Program-made: the position numbers and the translations under genes
In this document: piece by piece, positions 61,095-64,000 of the stretch
Layout: each line of letters begins with the position of its first letter
How positions within the stretch are numbered: position 1 is the stretch's first letter
The notes under the pieces: generated by a model
Seen by the model: the letters and a program-made list of their open reading frames with translations, nothing else
The model's database searches: none
Told to the model about the DNA's origin: nothing
Source of the DNA: Lama glama
Taxonomy: Eukaryota
Assembly (NCBI GenBank): GCA_028534125.1
Contig: CM052817.1
Span: forward strand, 35,342,001 to 35,406,000
Direction of reading: 5' to 3'
Length of the DNA: 64,000 bases

Positions 61095-62080
61095 AGTTCT
61101 GATTTGGTTAACTTTATGCCGAACTGCCCCCAGACTTAGTGATGTACAACAGCAGCCATTGTATCATGCTCAAGGCTTTTATGAGTCAGAAGTTCTGATA
61201 GGGCAAACAGGTATGGCTTGTGTCTGCTCCAGGAATGTCTGGGGCCTCAGCTGGGGGTACTTCTAATGGCTTGGGTGTGTGAACTGGTAAGGGGCCAGAA
61301 CTAGCGGAAGTCTCCTTCACACCTGCCTCAGCTTGGGCCGCTGTAGCACCCTAGACTGGGCGGGCTTTAACAACAAACATTTATTTCTCACAGTTCTGGG
61401 GGCTGAGAAACCCAAGATCAAGGTGCCAGTAGATTCTTTTCTTGGTGAGAGCCCTCTTCCTGGTTGTAGACAGCCACCCTCTTGCTGTGTGTCACATGAC
61501 CTATGCTTTGTGCACAGAGTTCTGCTCTCTCTTCCTTGTCTTATAAGCATACTAATCTCATTATGGAGGTTCTATCCTTGTGTCCTCATATAAAGCAAAT
61601 TACCTGCCTCTCAGAGGCCCCACCTCCTAGTACCGTTGCATTGAGGGGTTAGGACTATGAATTTGGCAGGGGTGTGGGGAAGACATAGGCATTCAGTCCA
61701 TAACAACACCTATTGATGGTGCCTACGTGGGGCTGACTTGAAGGCTAGACTCAGTTAGGAATATATGCGGGGGCACCTTTGTATGGCCTCTCTGTGTGGC
61801 TTGGCCCTCCCTCAGCATGGCAGCTGTGTTCTGAGAAAGAGTACCCTAAAATGGAGTGCCCCAAGGATAAGCATTCCAAAAGAACCAGGTGGAAGCTACA
61901 TGTTTGTTTTTTTTTATGATTTGGCCTTGGAAGTCACATTATGTCACTGGAGTCATCCTCTGTGGATTGATGCAGGTACAAGTCTGGCCAAATTCAAGGG
62001 GGCAGGGGCACAAACCCCACCTCTCAATGAGAGAAGTGGCAAAGAATTTATAGGCACTTAAGAAAAGAAAACTGCCACAC
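61095..62080. mobile_element. MLT1 (MaLR) LTR with a nested MLT1A-like LTR (~61325-61708)
   Basis: aacaacaaacatttatttctcacagttctggg...cattcagtccataaca; flanking gccttggaagtcaca. Confidence 0.7.
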
Positions 62081-62639
62081 CCAATGATGTGAGCCTTTTG
62101 GTATCCTTGCGCATGGTTTTTGTAGGCAGAAAAGGCTGTTCAGAGGTATATTCTTGATTTAAATAATTAATAGTCATCTTTTTAAATTTCAAATTAAAAA
62201 ATCTATTTCTTTCTTAGGCTTTTAAGTGTAGTTTGGAAGGTTATTCTAATGACAATTCTAGCAGCTTTTGACAGTGACTTTTAAGAGTCTGGAATAATGT
62301 TTGATTTGGTTTCCAAACTTATATACTTCCAAATACTTTAAACTGTATTTATAAATATATTAAATTTGGTTTCTTTTTTGAGCTTCTTACTTCAGCCATC
62401 TCCATTAAGAAAACCTTCTCAAATATTAAATGACTATGTAAAAATTGAATATAGTGAACAGATATAGTGAACCTGAAGGTTTTGACATTGTAAGAATGAC
62501 ATCAACTTAATGTCATGATTCTAAATCAGTTACTTAATTATACATTCAGATTGCAGTTGTAAAGGTATCACTGATGGGTCAAACTCTCTTAAAACATGTA
62601 CCTACTTTTTATTTAAATAGTATATACTTACTTTTTGTT

Positions 62640-63462
62640 TTAGTTTTTCATCTTTATTTTATTGAAATAGAGTCAGTTTACAATGTGTCAATTTCTGGTG
62701 TATAGCATAATGTTTCAGTTATACATATACATACAGATATTTGTTTTCATATCCTTTTTCATTTTAAGTTACTACAAGATATTGAATATAGTTCCCTGTG
62801 CTATACAGAAGAAACTTGTTGTTTATCTATTTTATATATAGTAGTTAGTATCTGCAAATCTTGAACTCCCAATTTATTCCTTATCACCCTCTTACCCCTC
62901 TGGTAACCATAAGTTTGTTTTCTATGTCTGTGAGTCTGTTCTGTTTTGTAAATAAGTTCATTTATCTGGTTTTTTTTTTTTTAGATTCCATATATGAGTG
63001 ATATCATATGGTATTTTTCTTTCTCTTTCTGGCTTATTTCACTTAGTATGATGATCGCTAGGTCCATCCATGTTACTGCAAATGGCATTATTTTATTCTT
63101 TTTATGGCTTAGTAGTATTCCATTGTATAAATATACCACAACTTCTTTATCCAGTCATCTGTCAATGGACATTTAGCTTGTTTCCATGTCTTGGCTGTTG
63201 TATATAGTGCTCCTATTAACACTGAGGTGTATGTATTTTTTCAAATTATAGTTTTCTCTGGATATATGCCCAGGAATGGGATTGCTGGATCACAGATTAA
63301 GTCTATTTTTAGTTTTTTGAGGAATCTCCATACTGTTTTCCTACAAACTACATTCCCATCAACAGTGTAGGAGGGTTCCCTTTCCCCATACCTTCTCCAG
63401 CATTTATTGTTTGTGGACTTTTTAATGATGGCCATTCTGACTGGTGTGAGGTGATACCTCAC
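62640..63462 (-). mobile_element. Relatively young L1 3' end
   Basis: ttgaatatagttccctgtgctatacag...gccattctgactggtgtgaggtgatacctca. Confidence 0.8.
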
Positions 63463-63553
63463 TTTCTGTTTTAATACTAATCTCAGATTTACTGAAAATC
63501 TGCAAAAATGAACATTTTGGTCCATTGACTTTATCATTCTCTCTCCTCTGTGG

Positions 63554-63580
63554 TGTGTGTGTGTGTGTGTGTGTGTGTGT
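63554..63580. repeat. (TG)n microsatellite
   Basis: Uninterrupted TG run. Confidence 0.9.
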
Positions 63581-64000
63581 ATTTAAATTTTTCCCTGAAT
63601 CATTTTTTGAGAGTTACAGACATAATATACTCCATTTCCCTCAACACTTCAGTGTATATTTCCCAAGAACAGGACACTATCTTATGTAACATACTGTTAC
63701 CAAGATCATGAAATTTAACATTGATATAATACTATATTTGGTCTATAGTCCATGTTCAATTTCATCAGTTCTTGCACATATTTATTCTTAAGACAAAGTA
63801 TTAATTCTATGATTGTGATTCTCTCAGCTTTTTTACAGTTAATTCTAAATCTTAAAGTTTAAAGATAACACACGCCCACAAAAGAAGTCCAGGTACTGTC
63901 ACAGCTGTCTGAGGATACTTGCCACCAGAGACTTTGGGTGGATACACTGGGGAAGTCCTTTTACTATGAATGTCATTCCAAATCTTTTTTTTTTTTTTTG

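Overview
Eukaryotic (mammalian) genomic DNA, most likely camelid given the tRNA-derived Vic-1-type SINEs and no Alu or Bov-type SINEs seen. Three spliced protein-coding genes lie in tandem on the + strand. SRP72 is represented by its 3' 14 exons (663-16251) and includes a U12-type minor intron. ARL9 is complete (4 coding exons, 19450-29181, 263 aa). SPMAP2L/THEGL shows its first 6 coding exons (33721-58947) and continues beyond the window. The rest is intronic or intergenic DNA rich in L1, L2, MIR, MER, Tigger and MLT1 repeats, and most ORFs in the supplied track are spurious. Best candidates for something new: (1) a frameshifted, signal-anchor-like N-terminal extension/overlapping uORF upstream of the ARL9 ATG; (2) a 62-bp near-perfect L2/MIR-derived hairpin in THEGL intron 1, a candidate young miRNA/endo-siRNA/ADAR substrate; (3) a poly(A)-tailed, TSD-flanked retroposed non-L1 RNA nested in a Tigger element. 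Gene and repeat names come from recognition, not database searches; exon numbers follow my recollection of the human genes.
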